A stretch of 64,000 bases of DNA from Gammaproteobacteria bacterium. GTDB taxonomy: Bacteria > Pseudomonadota > Gammaproteobacteria > Steroidobacterales > Steroidobacteraceae. The translations under genes were made by a program, and so were the position numbers. The stretch spans positions 16,883 to 80,882 of the forward strand of contig CANIOW010000008.1 of assembly GCA_947469285.1 (NCBI GenBank), in the 5' to 3' direction. Below the pieces are notes generated by a model. It made no database searches, was not told where the DNA came from, and saw nothing but the letters and a program-made list of their open reading frames with translations. This document shows, one piece after another, positions 20,023 through 28,149 of the stretch (its first letter is position 1; each line of letters opens with the position of its first letter).

Positions 20023-20051
20023 AACCCCGGTTACGCCGGGGTTTCTTGTTT
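20023..20051 (+). terminator. Terminator-like hairpin between tRNA-Gly and tRNA-Cys
   Basis: AACCCCGG-ttacg-CCGGGGTT forms an 8-bp stem, followed by TCTTGTTT. Confidence 0.45.
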
Positions 20052-20078
20052 GAGGGGAAAGGCCGTCAAGGCCGGGTC

Positions 20079-20152
20079 GGCGCGGTAGCAAAGCGGTTAT
20101 GCAGAGGACTGCAAATCCTTCCAGGCGGGTTCGACTCCCGCCCGCGCCTCCA
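20079..20152 (+). tRNA. tRNA-Cys (anticodon GCA)
   Basis: GGCGCGGTAGCAAAGCGGTTATGCAGAGGACTGCAAATCCTTCCAGGCGGGTTCGACTCCCGCCCGCGCCTCCA. The acceptor stem GGCGCGG pairs with CCGCGCC. The anticodon loop is CTGCAAA. Confidence 0.95.
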
Positions 20153-20222
20153 TTCCTTTCCTTATAGCGTGCACGTCGCTCACGCGCTCCGCGGTCCGTT
20201 CTTGACGTGATGGCCGCTAGGG

Positions 20223-20236
20223 TTGGGCCCGGGGCG
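20223..20236. repeat. att-like partial copy of the tRNA-Leu 3' end (TTGGGCCCGGGGCG)
   Basis: Matches TTGGTGCCCGGGGCG at 21394-21408, the complement of the tRNA-Leu acceptor/CCA end, at 14 of 15 positions with one indel. Confidence 0.35.
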
Positions 20237-20351
20237 CCGGCAGCTCTTCGCGTCGGCATCCCCGTGCAGGGAGTGGTGAACGAGAGGCTGGACTTTGCGC
20301 TACCTCCGAAGTGAATATGTGGAAGATGTTCATTATTCGGGGGCTAAAGCA

Positions 20352-20702
20352 ATGAACGCGGATGATCGCAAGGAACTCGGGGAACAGGCCCGCATTGACG
20401 GGCGTCGGTTGTTCAACGTATCGGAATCGCTCTACACGATTTTGATTGTGATGAACGGCCTATTGGGTTTTTTGGGTGGCGTAGCCGGATGGATGGTGAT
20501 GTCCCAAAAGGGGGGGGGCGGCACCTGGATGGGGTTGTTTATCTGGGGTTTCACGGCTGTCTTTTGCACGGTCAATTACTTCATCGCGGTCCTTTCCACA
20601 CACGCAACGAAGGTGTTGACGCATACCTCGCTGGCTACCGTTGCAATGATGGAAAGTCGCTATGAACTGGCCCTGGGTAATACGGACGGCGGCGGACAAT
20701 GA
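20352..20702 (+). CDS. Hypothetical small membrane protein (2 predicted TM helices)
   Basis: ATG at 20352 with a GGGGG purine tract upstream; the track start at 20295 is a TTG. TM1 is LYTILIVMNGLLGFLGGVAGWMVM and TM2 is WMGLFIWGFTAVFCTVNYFIAVL. I recognise no family. A G9 tract lies in the TM1-TM2 loop codons. Confidence 0.55.
   Translation: MNADDRKELGEQARIDGRRLFNVSESLYTILIVMNGLLGFLGGVAGWMVMSQKGGGGTWMGLFIWGFTAVFCTVNYFIAVLSTHATKVLTHTSLATVAMMESRYELALGNTDGGGQ
20510..20518 (+). repeat. Homopolymeric G9 tract inside the small membrane-protein CDS
   Basis: aaG GGG GGG GGc encodes K-G-G-G. It is the longest G/C homopolymer I noticed in the window. Confidence 0.9.
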
Positions 20703-21247
20703 GCCTTTATGGCAAATTGCCCGGGGCCGATGTCGCCGATTCCAACAGGGCGGCGTTTAGTGGGAACGTCGTGCTCCTGATCAAGTATCTGGTGGTCTCG
20801 ACGGCCGTCGCCGGAGTAAACGTCACATACAGGCACTGGCAGTTGATCGAGCGACTCGGCGCGGATTTCATCATTCCGGAGTTGATCAGGTGGCTGGTAA
20901 ATCCCGTGGTTGGCATCGCCTTGCTTCTGCTGCTCTTGTTCAAGCGGAAGACCATCTTCGCGGTGCTGCTGGTGGTTTGTGCCTTGCCCTACTTGCTCTT
21001 CAATCTGCCGGCTGTTTCCTTGTCGGTCGATAGGAATGACGTTTTTAGTTACTGCCTTGAAAACTTTCCTATCGTGCTTGAAGTCATACGGTGGACACCC
21101 TGGGTTTCCCTGTTCCCGCTGGGACTGTTCGTGCACGAACAATTGCCTTATTTTGTGGATTTTCTTTGGGCCGCACTGCAGGTGGGCGTGATGATCTGGC
21201 TGCTGGTTCGGGTTAGAGAAAGTCAACGCGAACCAACGGGGAAGTAG
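20699..21247 (+). CDS. Hypothetical polytopic membrane protein (4-5 predicted TM helices)
   Basis: ATGA overlap with the preceding ORF. Hydrophobic segments include VVLLIKYLVVSTAVAGV, VNPVVGIALLLLLLF, IFAVLLVVCALPYLLF and FLWAALQVGVMIWLLV. I recognise no family. Confidence 0.55.
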   Translation: MSLYGKLPGADVADSNRAAFSGNVVLLIKYLVVSTAVAGVNVTYRHWQLIERLGADFIIPELIRWLVNPVVGIALLLLLLFKRKTIFAVLLVVCALPYLLFNLPAVSLSVDRNDVFSYCLENFPIVLEVIRWTPWVSLFPLGLFVHEQLPYFVDFLWAALQVGVMIWLLVRVRESQREPTGK

Positions 21248-21393
21248 CGCCTACGGCCCCCGGTCTTGCTACTACCCCCGCAGTACCCCCACAAAAAGTT
21301 AGCGGCCAACGGAGGAAATTCCACTCGACCAGATGTTTCCGGCTGTCTGTGGTTGCCATCGGGCTTCTCTGGTAAGCCGTCTGGCGTGGCATC

Positions 21394-21408
21394 TTGGTGC
21401 CCGGGGCG
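21394..21408. repeat. tRNA-Leu 3'-end copy of the att-like repeat
   Basis: TTGGTGCCCGGGGCG is the counterpart of 20223-20236. Confidence 0.35.
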
Positions 21409-21479
21409 GGACTCGAACCCGCAAGAGTTTCCTCGGCGGATTTTAAGTCCGCTGCGTCTACCGGTTTCGCCACCCGGGC
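21395..21479 (-). tRNA. tRNA-Leu (anticodon TAA), long variable arm
   Basis: The reverse complement reads GCCCGGGTGGCGAAACCGGTAGACGCAGCGGACTTAAAATCCGCCGAGGAAACTCTTGCGGGTTCGAGTCCCGCCCCGGGCACCA. 85 nt. The anticodon loop is CTTAAAA. Confidence 0.93.
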
Positions 21480-21525
21480 CGGTAGGCGACATGCTAGCAG
21501 CATCGCGCGTTGCGCTCACCTGTCC

Positions 21526-22266
21526 TTACGGACTCTTGCTCACTTTCCAGAGCACCCGCTGGTCCAGTGCGATGTTGGCGAGTTCGTAGCCGCGCCGGAA
21601 GTCGCGCAAGTAACGGGACATCCAGGTGCGTGCCGCTTCCACGTCACGTTCCACCAGCGCCTGGGTTAGCCGGCGCTGCGCAATATTGATCCGGGTGCGT
21701 GCCTGGGGTACCGCGTCAATCATTTGGCTGAGGGTGGGTTCCATCAGGCGCAGTAAAGGCTCCTGGGTCATCATCAGCACCCGGTTACCGCTGGTGCGCA
21801 TCACCGCCCTAAAGAACGCCAGCATGTGAATGAGCGCGCGCGGGGTCTCTGCGCTGTCGTCGGTAAAGCGCTGGTACGCAGCCTCGATAGCGGAGAGGTC
21901 CGCTTGAGTCCGGCGTCGGGCGCCGATGGCCGCAGCCGCGGGGGCAAAAAGGTGGAGCGATTCCCATACTTCCAGCACCGTCACGTCCTCTAGCGCCAGG
22001 GCGCGGCCCACGGACTCGGCGATGCGCGCACCGCCGGGGCGGGTGACCACCAGCCGTTTGGTGCCGCGGCGGCGGGTGACCAGCCCGGCGCTTTCCAGTT
22101 CACGCAGCGCCTCGCGGACCGTGGAGCGGTGGACGTCAAATTGGGTGGACAGCTCCGCTTCAGTGGGCAGCGCCTCGCCGTCGCGGAGCGAACGATCGAG
22201 TATTCGGGATTCGATGGCCAAGGCCACCTTCCGGTAAGTGGGTTCAACGCGCAAGGCTGGAAACAT
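21526..22266 (-). CDS. GntR-family transcriptional regulator (FadR/FCD subfamily)
   Basis: Start at MFPALRVEPTYRKVALAIESRIL. GntR winged HTH (LPTEAELSTQFDVHRSTVREALRELESAGLV) plus a C-terminal helical FCD-like domain. Confidence 0.85.
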   Translation of the reverse strand: MFPALRVEPTYRKVALAIESRILDRSLRDGEALPTEAELSTQFDVHRSTVREALRELESAGLVTRRRGTKRLVVTRPGGARIAESVGRALALEDVTVLEVWESLHLFAPAAAAIGARRRTQADLSAIEAAYQRFTDDSAETPRALIHMLAFFRAVMRTSGNRVLMMTQEPLLRLMEPTLSQMIDAVPQARTRINIAQRRLTQALVERDVEAARTWMSRYLRDFRRGYELANIALDQRVLWKVSKSP

Positions 22267-22429
22267 GGTGGGGTCTCGGGCGACGAAGGTCGCCAAGGGA
22301 GCGCTATCGTCCGACAATCCGCCTATGCTTGGCAAGGGGGGGCGACGCCGACTCGTCGCGCAGGCGGGTGTGCCGGCGCCCAGCAGCGGCACGTTGTATC
22401 ATCAAAACCAGCCTTTCCAACCCAACTGG

Positions 22430-23062
22430 ATGTTAGTGAACCTACCCCTCGGCGCAGCCCTTGAAGTCCGTGACCTGCATCTTTGGCGCGGTGAGCGACA
22501 TGTGTTGCGTGGCGTCGAGCTGACCGCCTCTGCGGGCACGCTGTGGCATGTGCGGGGGCCCAATGGCGCAGGCAAGACCTCGTTGCTGCGGGTGATCGCT
22601 GGGTTTCTCTGGCCTGAGGCGGGCAGTGTCCGCTGGAAAGGCGAGGAGGTGTCGGCGCTGGGTGACGTCTTCTCGGCCCAGATGGCTTACCTTGGTCATG
22701 AACCGGCCCTGAAGGCAGATTTGTCGGCACGCGAGAATGTCGGCTACTTGGTGCGGCTGCGCCGTGAACTCACGGATCAGGAGCTAACCGCAGCGTTCGC
22801 ACGGGTGGGGATAGCGGAACATGCCGACCGTCCCACCCGCATGCTGTCGGCTGGACAACGGCGCCGCGCTGCCATGGCGCGGGTACTCCTGTCTGGAGCA
22901 CCGTTATGGCTGCTGGATGAACCGTTCACCAATCTCGATGCTGCCGGAGTGGAACTTTTTGCCGGCTTGCTAGCCGAACAGGTAGCCAGTGGCGGCGTGG
23001 TGCTGGTGACCACCCATCAGCCCATCCCGGCGGTGAACGTACACACCTTGGAACTCACCTGA
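22430..23062 (+). CDS. ccmA: Heme exporter ATP-binding protein CcmA
   Basis: Walker A GPNGAGKTS, signature LSAGQRRR, Walker B LWLLDEP. The start (ATG at 22430) is moderately uncertain. Confidence 0.9.
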   Translation: MLVNLPLGAALEVRDLHLWRGERHVLRGVELTASAGTLWHVRGPNGAGKTSLLRVIAGFLWPEAGSVRWKGEEVSALGDVFSAQMAYLGHEPALKADLSARENVGYLVRLRRELTDQELTAAFARVGIAEHADRPTRMLSAGQRRRAAMARVLLSGAPLWLLDEPFTNLDAAGVELFAGLLAEQVASGGVVLVTTHQPIPAVNVHTLELT

Positions 23063-23096
23063 TGTTGACTCCCCCACCTTCCTGCAGCACCGCCCT

Positions 23097-23774
23097 GTGA
23101 CTGGCCTGCTTGCGTCGGCGGGGGCCACTTACCGGCGAGACCTGCAGCTCGCCTTTCGACGGCCGGGTCAGATGCTGCAGCCGGTGGTGTTCTTCCTAAT
23201 CGTCACTACCTTGTTTCCGCTCAGCCTCAGCCCACAACTGTCGCAATTGCGTGACATCGCGCCGGGCATTGTCTGGGTGGGTGCACTGCTATCCTCCCTG
23301 TTGGCGCTGGAAAACCTGTTTCGAGCAGATATGGACGATGGCACCCTCGAGCAGTGGGTGGTCAGCGGCCAGCCGCTGTCGGTGCAGGTGCTCTCGCGTA
23401 CCTTGGCGCATTGGACGGTCAGTGGTTTGCCGCTGGTGGCCGCTTCGCCGTTGGTGGGTGCTTCGTTGGCTGTGCCGGCGGCGGCTTTTGGCATGATGGC
23501 TTTGCTGCTGGCGCTCGGGACACTGTGCCTGAGTGGCATCGGTGCGGCAGGTGCGGCATTGACGCTGGGCAGTCGGCGCGCGAGTGTGTTGCTGTCTTTG
23601 CTGGTGTTGCCGTTGGCAATGCCGATCTTGATTTTCGGCGCACGGGGAGTGGATCTGGCGATTCTGGGTGAATCCACCCGTGGACCGTTGTTGTTGTTGT
23701 CGGCACTGACGGTGTTGACGCTGAGCCTGACGCCGCTGGCAGCTGCCGCGGCAGTTCGCATTAGTTTGGAGTGA
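23097..23774 (+). CDS. ccmB: Heme exporter permease CcmB
   Basis: 225-aa polytopic membrane protein in the conserved position after ccmA. GTG start. Confidence 0.9.
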   Translation: MTGLLASAGATYRRDLQLAFRRPGQMLQPVVFFLIVTTLFPLSLSPQLSQLRDIAPGIVWVGALLSSLLALENLFRADMDDGTLEQWVVSGQPLSVQVLSRTLAHWTVSGLPLVAASPLVGASLAVPAAAFGMMALLLALGTLCLSGIGAAGAALTLGSRRASVLLSLLVLPLAMPILIFGARGVDLAILGESTRGPLLLLSALTVLTLSLTPLAAAAAVRISLE

Positions 23775-24523
23775 CTGTGGCTACCTGGACTTGGTTCCAT
23801 CGATTTGGCTCACCGCCTTTTGTCTACCGCATTGCCGGGCGCTGTGCTCCATGGTTTGGTGCTGGAGCCGTGCTGTGCATTGCCTACGGTCTGTTCGGGG
23901 GGCTGGTACTGGCACCACCGGACTATCAGCAGAAAGATGCTTTTCGGATTGTTTACGTGCACGCACCGGCGGCATGGTTGTCCCTGTCTTGCTACACCAC
24001 CATGGCGGTAGCTGCGTTTGTCGGGTTGGTGTGGCGCATCAAAGTGGCGCATGCCGTGGCGTCAGCGCTGGCGCCCGTGGGGGCCTCGTTTGCGTTTGTC
24101 TGCCTGGCCACCGGTTCATTGTGGGGCCGGCCGATGTGGGGTACTTGGTGGGAGTGGGATGCGCGGCTCACCTCGCAGCTCATTTTGTTGTTTCTTTATC
24201 TGGGTTACATGGCGCTGCGCAGCGCCCACGATGACTTGCAGCGTGCCGATCGCGCGAGTGCGGTGCTGGCGGTGGTGGGTGTGGTGAATGTCCCGATCAT
24301 CCATTATTCAGTGTATTGGTGGAACTCGCTGCACCAAGGCGCCACCGTCATGAAAGCCGACAAGCCTTCAATGCCCGCAGAAATGCTGGTGCCCCTGCTG
24401 GTAATGTTCCTGGGGTTCACGCTATTTCAGTTGTGGGTGTTGTGCACTCGGCTGCGGGCGGAAATTCTGGAGCGCGAACGCAACGCACGTTGGCTGCGTG
24501 AAGAAATACAGGAAGGTGCGTAA
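23771..24523 (+). CDS. ccmC: Heme exporter / heme lyase component CcmC
   Basis: Tryptophan-rich motif WGRPMWGTWWEWDARL. 4-nt overlap with ccmB. Confidence 0.93.
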   Translation: MTVATWTWFHRFGSPPFVYRIAGRCAPWFGAGAVLCIAYGLFGGLVLAPPDYQQKDAFRIVYVHAPAAWLSLSCYTTMAVAAFVGLVWRIKVAHAVASALAPVGASFAFVCLATGSLWGRPMWGTWWEWDARLTSQLILLFLYLGYMALRSAHDDLQRADRASAVLAVVGVVNVPIIHYSVYWWNSLHQGATVMKADKPSMPAEMLVPLLVMFLGFTLFQLWVLCTRLRAEILERERNARWLREEIQEGA

Positions 24524-24711
24524 TGAACCAGTGGGCCTCGTTTGAACAATTCTTGGCGATGGGTGGTTACGCAGCCTACGTGTGGCCGAGCATAGGTCTG
24601 GCCGTGGGTACTTTACTCGCGAATGTCGTGATGGCGCGCCGCCGCCATGCGCAGGCGCTACAGCAGGCCTTGCGGCGGCTGGCGGTGAACGCCGCAGGAA
24701 ATGCCCCATGA
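24523..24711 (+). CDS. ccmD: Heme exporter protein CcmD
   Basis: 62 aa with a single TM (YAAYVWPSIGLAVGTLLANVV). TAATG junction with ccmC. Confidence 0.85.
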   Translation: MNQWASFEQFLAMGGYAAYVWPSIGLAVGTLLANVVMARRRHAQALQQALRRLAVNAAGNAP

Positions 24712-25187
24712 CTCCGCGGCGGCGGCGGCTGATGCTGTTCAGTTCCGTACTGCTAGGTGTGGCAGTGGCCGCGGGTATCGCGACGCTCGCGTTTCGCGAC
24801 AATCTGCAGTACTTCTACAACCCCTCTGAAGTGGCTGCCGGCAAGGTGCCGGTGGGCAAGCGTTTTCGGGTGGGTGGCATGGTGCCAAAAGGCAGCGTGC
24901 AGCGCGCACCGGGTAGCCTGACAGTCACCTTTGCCGTTACCGACTTTGCGCACACAGTTAACATTTCCTACTCGGGCGTATTGCCGGACTTGTTCCGCGA
25001 AGGGCAGGGCATTATTGCGCATGGGAAACTCGACACTAGCGGCGTGTTCGTGGCCGATGAAGTGCTCGCGAAACATGACGAGAAATACATGCCACCCGAA
25101 GTAGCCGCTTCATTGAAAAAGAATCCCAACGGCCCGCCGGCACCTGCCGCGATGGCGCCATCTATCCCCAAAGGCGTTACCCTGTGA
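24708..25187 (+). CDS. ccmE: Cytochrome c-type biogenesis heme chaperone CcmE
   Basis: Start at MTPRRRRLML, with an ATGA overlap with ccmD. Has an N-terminal TM anchor and the heme-binding motif VLAKHDEKYMPPEV. Confidence 0.93.
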   Translation: MTPRRRRLMLFSSVLLGVAVAAGIATLAFRDNLQYFYNPSEVAAGKVPVGKRFRVGGMVPKGSVQRAPGSLTVTFAVTDFAHTVNISYSGVLPDLFREGQGIIAHGKLDTSGVFVADEVLAKHDEKYMPPEVAASLKKNPNGPPAPAAMAPSIPKGVTL

Positions 25188-27121
25188 TCCCTGAACTTGG
25201 TCATTTCGCACTGTCGTTGGCCTTCGCGCTGGCGCTGGCGCAGGCGTTTTTCGGCCTAGCGGGGGCCTGGCAGCGTCGTCCGCGCTGGATGGCGGTAACG
25301 GACTCGGCAGTCGTTGGTCAAGTGGTCTGCGTGGCGCTTGCCTTTGCGGCATTGGTGCACGCCTTCGTGGTGCATGATTTCTCGGTCGCCTACGTCGCCA
25401 ATAATTCCAACTCAGCCTTGCCGGTGTTGTTTCGGGTATCGGCGGTCTGGGGTGCACACGAAGGCTCGCTGCTGCTGTGGATTTTCATCCTCGCGTTGTG
25501 GTCGGTGGCGGTAGCTGCCTTTTCAAAGTCATTGCCTGCCAGCTTCCGTGCGCGGGTGCTGGGTATGTTGGGGCTCATCAGTGTCGGCTTTATGTCGTTC
25601 ACCCTCGGTACTTCCAATCCGTTCCTGCGACTCATTCCTGCGGCCGCCGATGGCGCGGATCTAAACCCACTACTGCAGGATTTCGCGCTGGCCGTGCATC
25701 CACCAATGCTCTACACCGGCTATGTGGGCACAGCAGTGGCGTTTGCGTTTGCCTGCGCCGCCATGTTGGAAGGCAAGTTGGACGCCACCTGGGCGCGGTG
25801 GACACGCCCGTGGACCACGGTGGCCTGGCTGTTCCTGACGATGGGCATTGCACTGGGCAGTTGGTGGGCTTACTACGAATTGGGCTGGGGTGGCTGGTGG
25901 TTCTGGGACCCGGTAGAGAACGCCTCGTTCATGCCCTGGCTCATGTCCACGGCGCTCATTCATTCGTTGGCAGTCACTGAAAAACGTGGGCTGTTTAAGA
26001 GCTGGACCTTGCTGCTGGCAATCTTCGCGTTCTCGCTGAGCCTGCTCGGGACTTTTTTGGTGCGCTCGGGAGTGCTCGTGTCGGTGCACTCTTTCGCCTC
26101 CGACCCGGCCCGTGGCGTGTTCATTCTTGGCTTGCTGTCATTCTTTATCTTGGGCTCGCTGGTGCTCTACGCTTGGCGCGCGCCATTGCTAGCCTCCACG
26201 GCCGGCTTTGGGTGGTTATCACGCGAAGCGTTCCTGTTGCTGAATAACGTGCTGTTGGTGGTGGCGGCCGCGCTGATCTTGCTGGGTACCTTGTGGCCGC
26301 TGTTCATGGATGCCTTCTCGCTGGGTAAGATCAGCGTTGGTCCGCCGTACTTTAATGCCGTGTTTCTGGTACCGGGTTTGCCACTGGTAGCCGCGATTGG
26401 CATCGGTATGCACTCGGTGTGGAAACATTCAAAACTGCAGCCCAAGAAAAATCTGTTCATCATTCTGGCGTGCATCGGCGTTGCTGGCGCATTGAGCGTG
26501 TTGGCGTGGCTGGGGCATTTCAGTGTGCTGTCAGTAGTCGGCTTCACAGCCGCCATATTCGTCATGGGTTCCGCCGTAGTCGAGCCCTGGCAGCGCTGGC
26601 GGGGTGGGCACACCGTGCCGGCTGCTGTGCTCGGCATGTCGCTGGCCCATTTCGGGGTGGCCATGTTCACCATTGGAGTGACGGGCGTTGAGACCGCCAA
26701 GGTGGAGCGCGACGTGGCGCTCGGCATCGGCGATTCAGCCAATGTGGCGGGCTACACCTTCAAGCTTGTTAGTACTCGTCCTGTGCAGGGGCCCAACTAC
26801 AATGCCACGGAGGCAGAGGTGCTCATCACCCATGGCGGTGAGGCTGTCGCGACGCTGCATCCGCAGAAGCGCACTTACTGGGTACGCACCATGCCAATGA
26901 CGGAAGCCGGCATTGACGTCGGTTTTCATCGCGACTTGTTTGCGGCATTGGGCGAGGATCTGGGGCAAGGTCGCTGGTCGATGCGGCTGCAGTACAAACC
27001 GCTCATCCGTTTTATCTGGCTTGGTGCACTGGTGATGGCAATCGGTGGCCTGTTGGCTGTGGTGGACCGTCGCTACCGCGTCAAGAAGCCGGTAGCCGAC
27101 TCCGACACGGCGCAGGTCTGA
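25184..27121 (+). CDS. ccmF: Cytochrome c heme lyase subunit CcmF
   Basis: 645 aa, polytopic. WWD motif WGGWWFWDPVEN. Confidence 0.95.
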   Translation: MIPELGHFALSLAFALALAQAFFGLAGAWQRRPRWMAVTDSAVVGQVVCVALAFAALVHAFVVHDFSVAYVANNSNSALPVLFRVSAVWGAHEGSLLLWIFILALWSVAVAAFSKSLPASFRARVLGMLGLISVGFMSFTLGTSNPFLRLIPAAADGADLNPLLQDFALAVHPPMLYTGYVGTAVAFAFACAAMLEGKLDATWARWTRPWTTVAWLFLTMGIALGSWWAYYELGWGGWWFWDPVENASFMPWLMSTALIHSLAVTEKRGLFKSWTLLLAIFAFSLSLLGTFLVRSGVLVSVHSFASDPARGVFILGLLSFFILGSLVLYAWRAPLLASTAGFGWLSREAFLLLNNVLLVVAAALILLGTLWPLFMDAFSLGKISVGPPYFNAVFLVPGLPLVAAIGIGMHSVWKHSKLQPKKNLFIILACIGVAGALSVLAWLGHFSVLSVVGFTAAIFVMGSAVVEPWQRWRGGHTVPAAVLGMSLAHFGVAMFTIGVTGVETAKVERDVALGIGDSANVAGYTFKLVSTRPVQGPNYNATEAEVLITHGGEAVATLHPQKRTYWVRTMPMTEAGIDVGFHRDLFAALGEDLGQGRWSMRLQYKPLIRFIWLGALVMAIGGLLAVVDRRYRVKKPVADSDTAQV

Positions 27122-27124
27122 GCC

Positions 27125-27685
27125 ATGGAACGTAAACTCCTCAATCGCTTCCTGTGGCCGGCGGTGGCTACGCTGGTCTTGTTCGGTGTGTTTTTCTTTA
27201 CCCTACATCGCATCAGTTCGGGCGATCTCATCGTGAGCGACATTCCTTCGCCACTGATCGGCAAAGTGGCGCCGCCTATGGACCTGCCGGCCCTCACCGG
27301 GCCGACTGAGCGGGTGCGAACAACGGACTTCAAAGGCCGTCCTTGGATGCTGAATGTCTGGGGCACTTGGTGTCCCGCCTGTCGAGATGAACATGCGGCC
27401 TTGCTGCAACTGGCTCAAGTATCCGGAATTCCCATCGTAGGGCTGAACTGGAAAGACGATGCGGGGGAGGCACGACGGTATCTCGACGGTCTCGGCAATC
27501 CGTATTTTGCGGTAGGTTCAGACCCGGTTGGCCGTACGGCGATCGATTGGGGCGTCTATGGCGCTCCCGAAACTTTTCTGATTGGGCCTGATGGCCACAT
27601 TCTGGCGAAATACATTGGGCCGATGACGATGGAGGTTTGGGAAAAGCGTCTGAAGCCAAAGCTTGCTGTAGGAACACTGCAATGA
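27125..27685 (+). CDS. ccmG: Thiol:disulfide oxidoreductase CcmG/DsbE
   Basis: Membrane anchor plus a thioredoxin fold with WGTWCPACRDEH. Confidence 0.93.
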   Translation: MERKLLNRFLWPAVATLVLFGVFFFTLHRISSGDLIVSDIPSPLIGKVAPPMDLPALTGPTERVRTTDFKGRPWMLNVWGTWCPACRDEHAALLQLAQVSGIPIVGLNWKDDAGEARRYLDGLGNPYFAVGSDPVGRTAIDWGVYGAPETFLIGPDGHILAKYIGPMTMEVWEKRLKPKLAVGTLQ

Positions 27686-28149
27686 ACCCTTTCTTGCGTC
27701 GCGTGGTGGCGGTGGTGTGGCTGTCATGCTTTACGTTGAGTGCGTTTGCAGTAGACGTTGAAGACACTTTGGCGGACCCAGGTCAACGGGTTCGGTACGA
27801 GGCGATCACGCGCGAGCTGCGCTGTTTGGTTTGCCAGAACCAGACCATTGCCGACTCCGATGCGGATCTTGCCAAGGATCTGCGACGTGAAGTCCGCGAT
27901 ATGATTCAAGCCGGTCAGTCGGACCTGCAGATCCGGCATTTCATGACCGAACGCTACGGCGATTTTGTGTTGTACAACCCACCGCTGAATCCGCGTACCT
28001 GGCTATTGTGGGCGGCGCCAGTGCTGTTGCTGCTGGGTGGTCTGCTGATTGCCGTGCGTGTGCTGCGTCGTCGCTCGCGCGATCTGGTGGGTGCGCCGCC
28101 GGATGCCGATGACTCCTTAGCTGAGACCTCCACGGATTCCCAACCATGA
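27682..28149 (+). CDS. ccmH: Cytochrome c-type biogenesis protein CcmH
   Basis: Start at MNPFLRRVVAVVWL, with an ATGA overlap. Signal peptide, LRCLVCQNQ (CXXC) and a C-terminal TM. Confidence 0.92.
   Translation: MNPFLRRVVAVVWLSCFTLSAFAVDVEDTLADPGQRVRYEAITRELRCLVCQNQTIADSDADLAKDLRREVRDMIQAGQSDLQIRHFMTERYGDFVLYNPPLNPRTWLLWAAPVLLLLGGLLIAVRVLRRRSRDLVGAPPDADDSLAETSTDSQP

Larger units (their letters stand above)
20237..21393. mobile_element. Putative remnant genomic islet (about 1.16 kb) bounded by the tRNA-Leu 3' end and its partial direct repeat; no integrase present
   Basis: By eye, G+C is visibly lower than in both flanks. The segment lies between convergent tRNA genes and carries only two unknown membrane-protein genes. 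Direct-repeat geometry is consistent with integration at a tRNA 3' end. Confidence 0.3.

Noticed and set aside
20017-20259. ORFs overlapping tRNA-Cys and tRNA-Leu (20017-20259, 21213-21503, 21223-21519, 21266-21589, 21394-21669)
   Set aside because: They read through tRNA genes and intergenic DNA. There is no support beyond the open frame.
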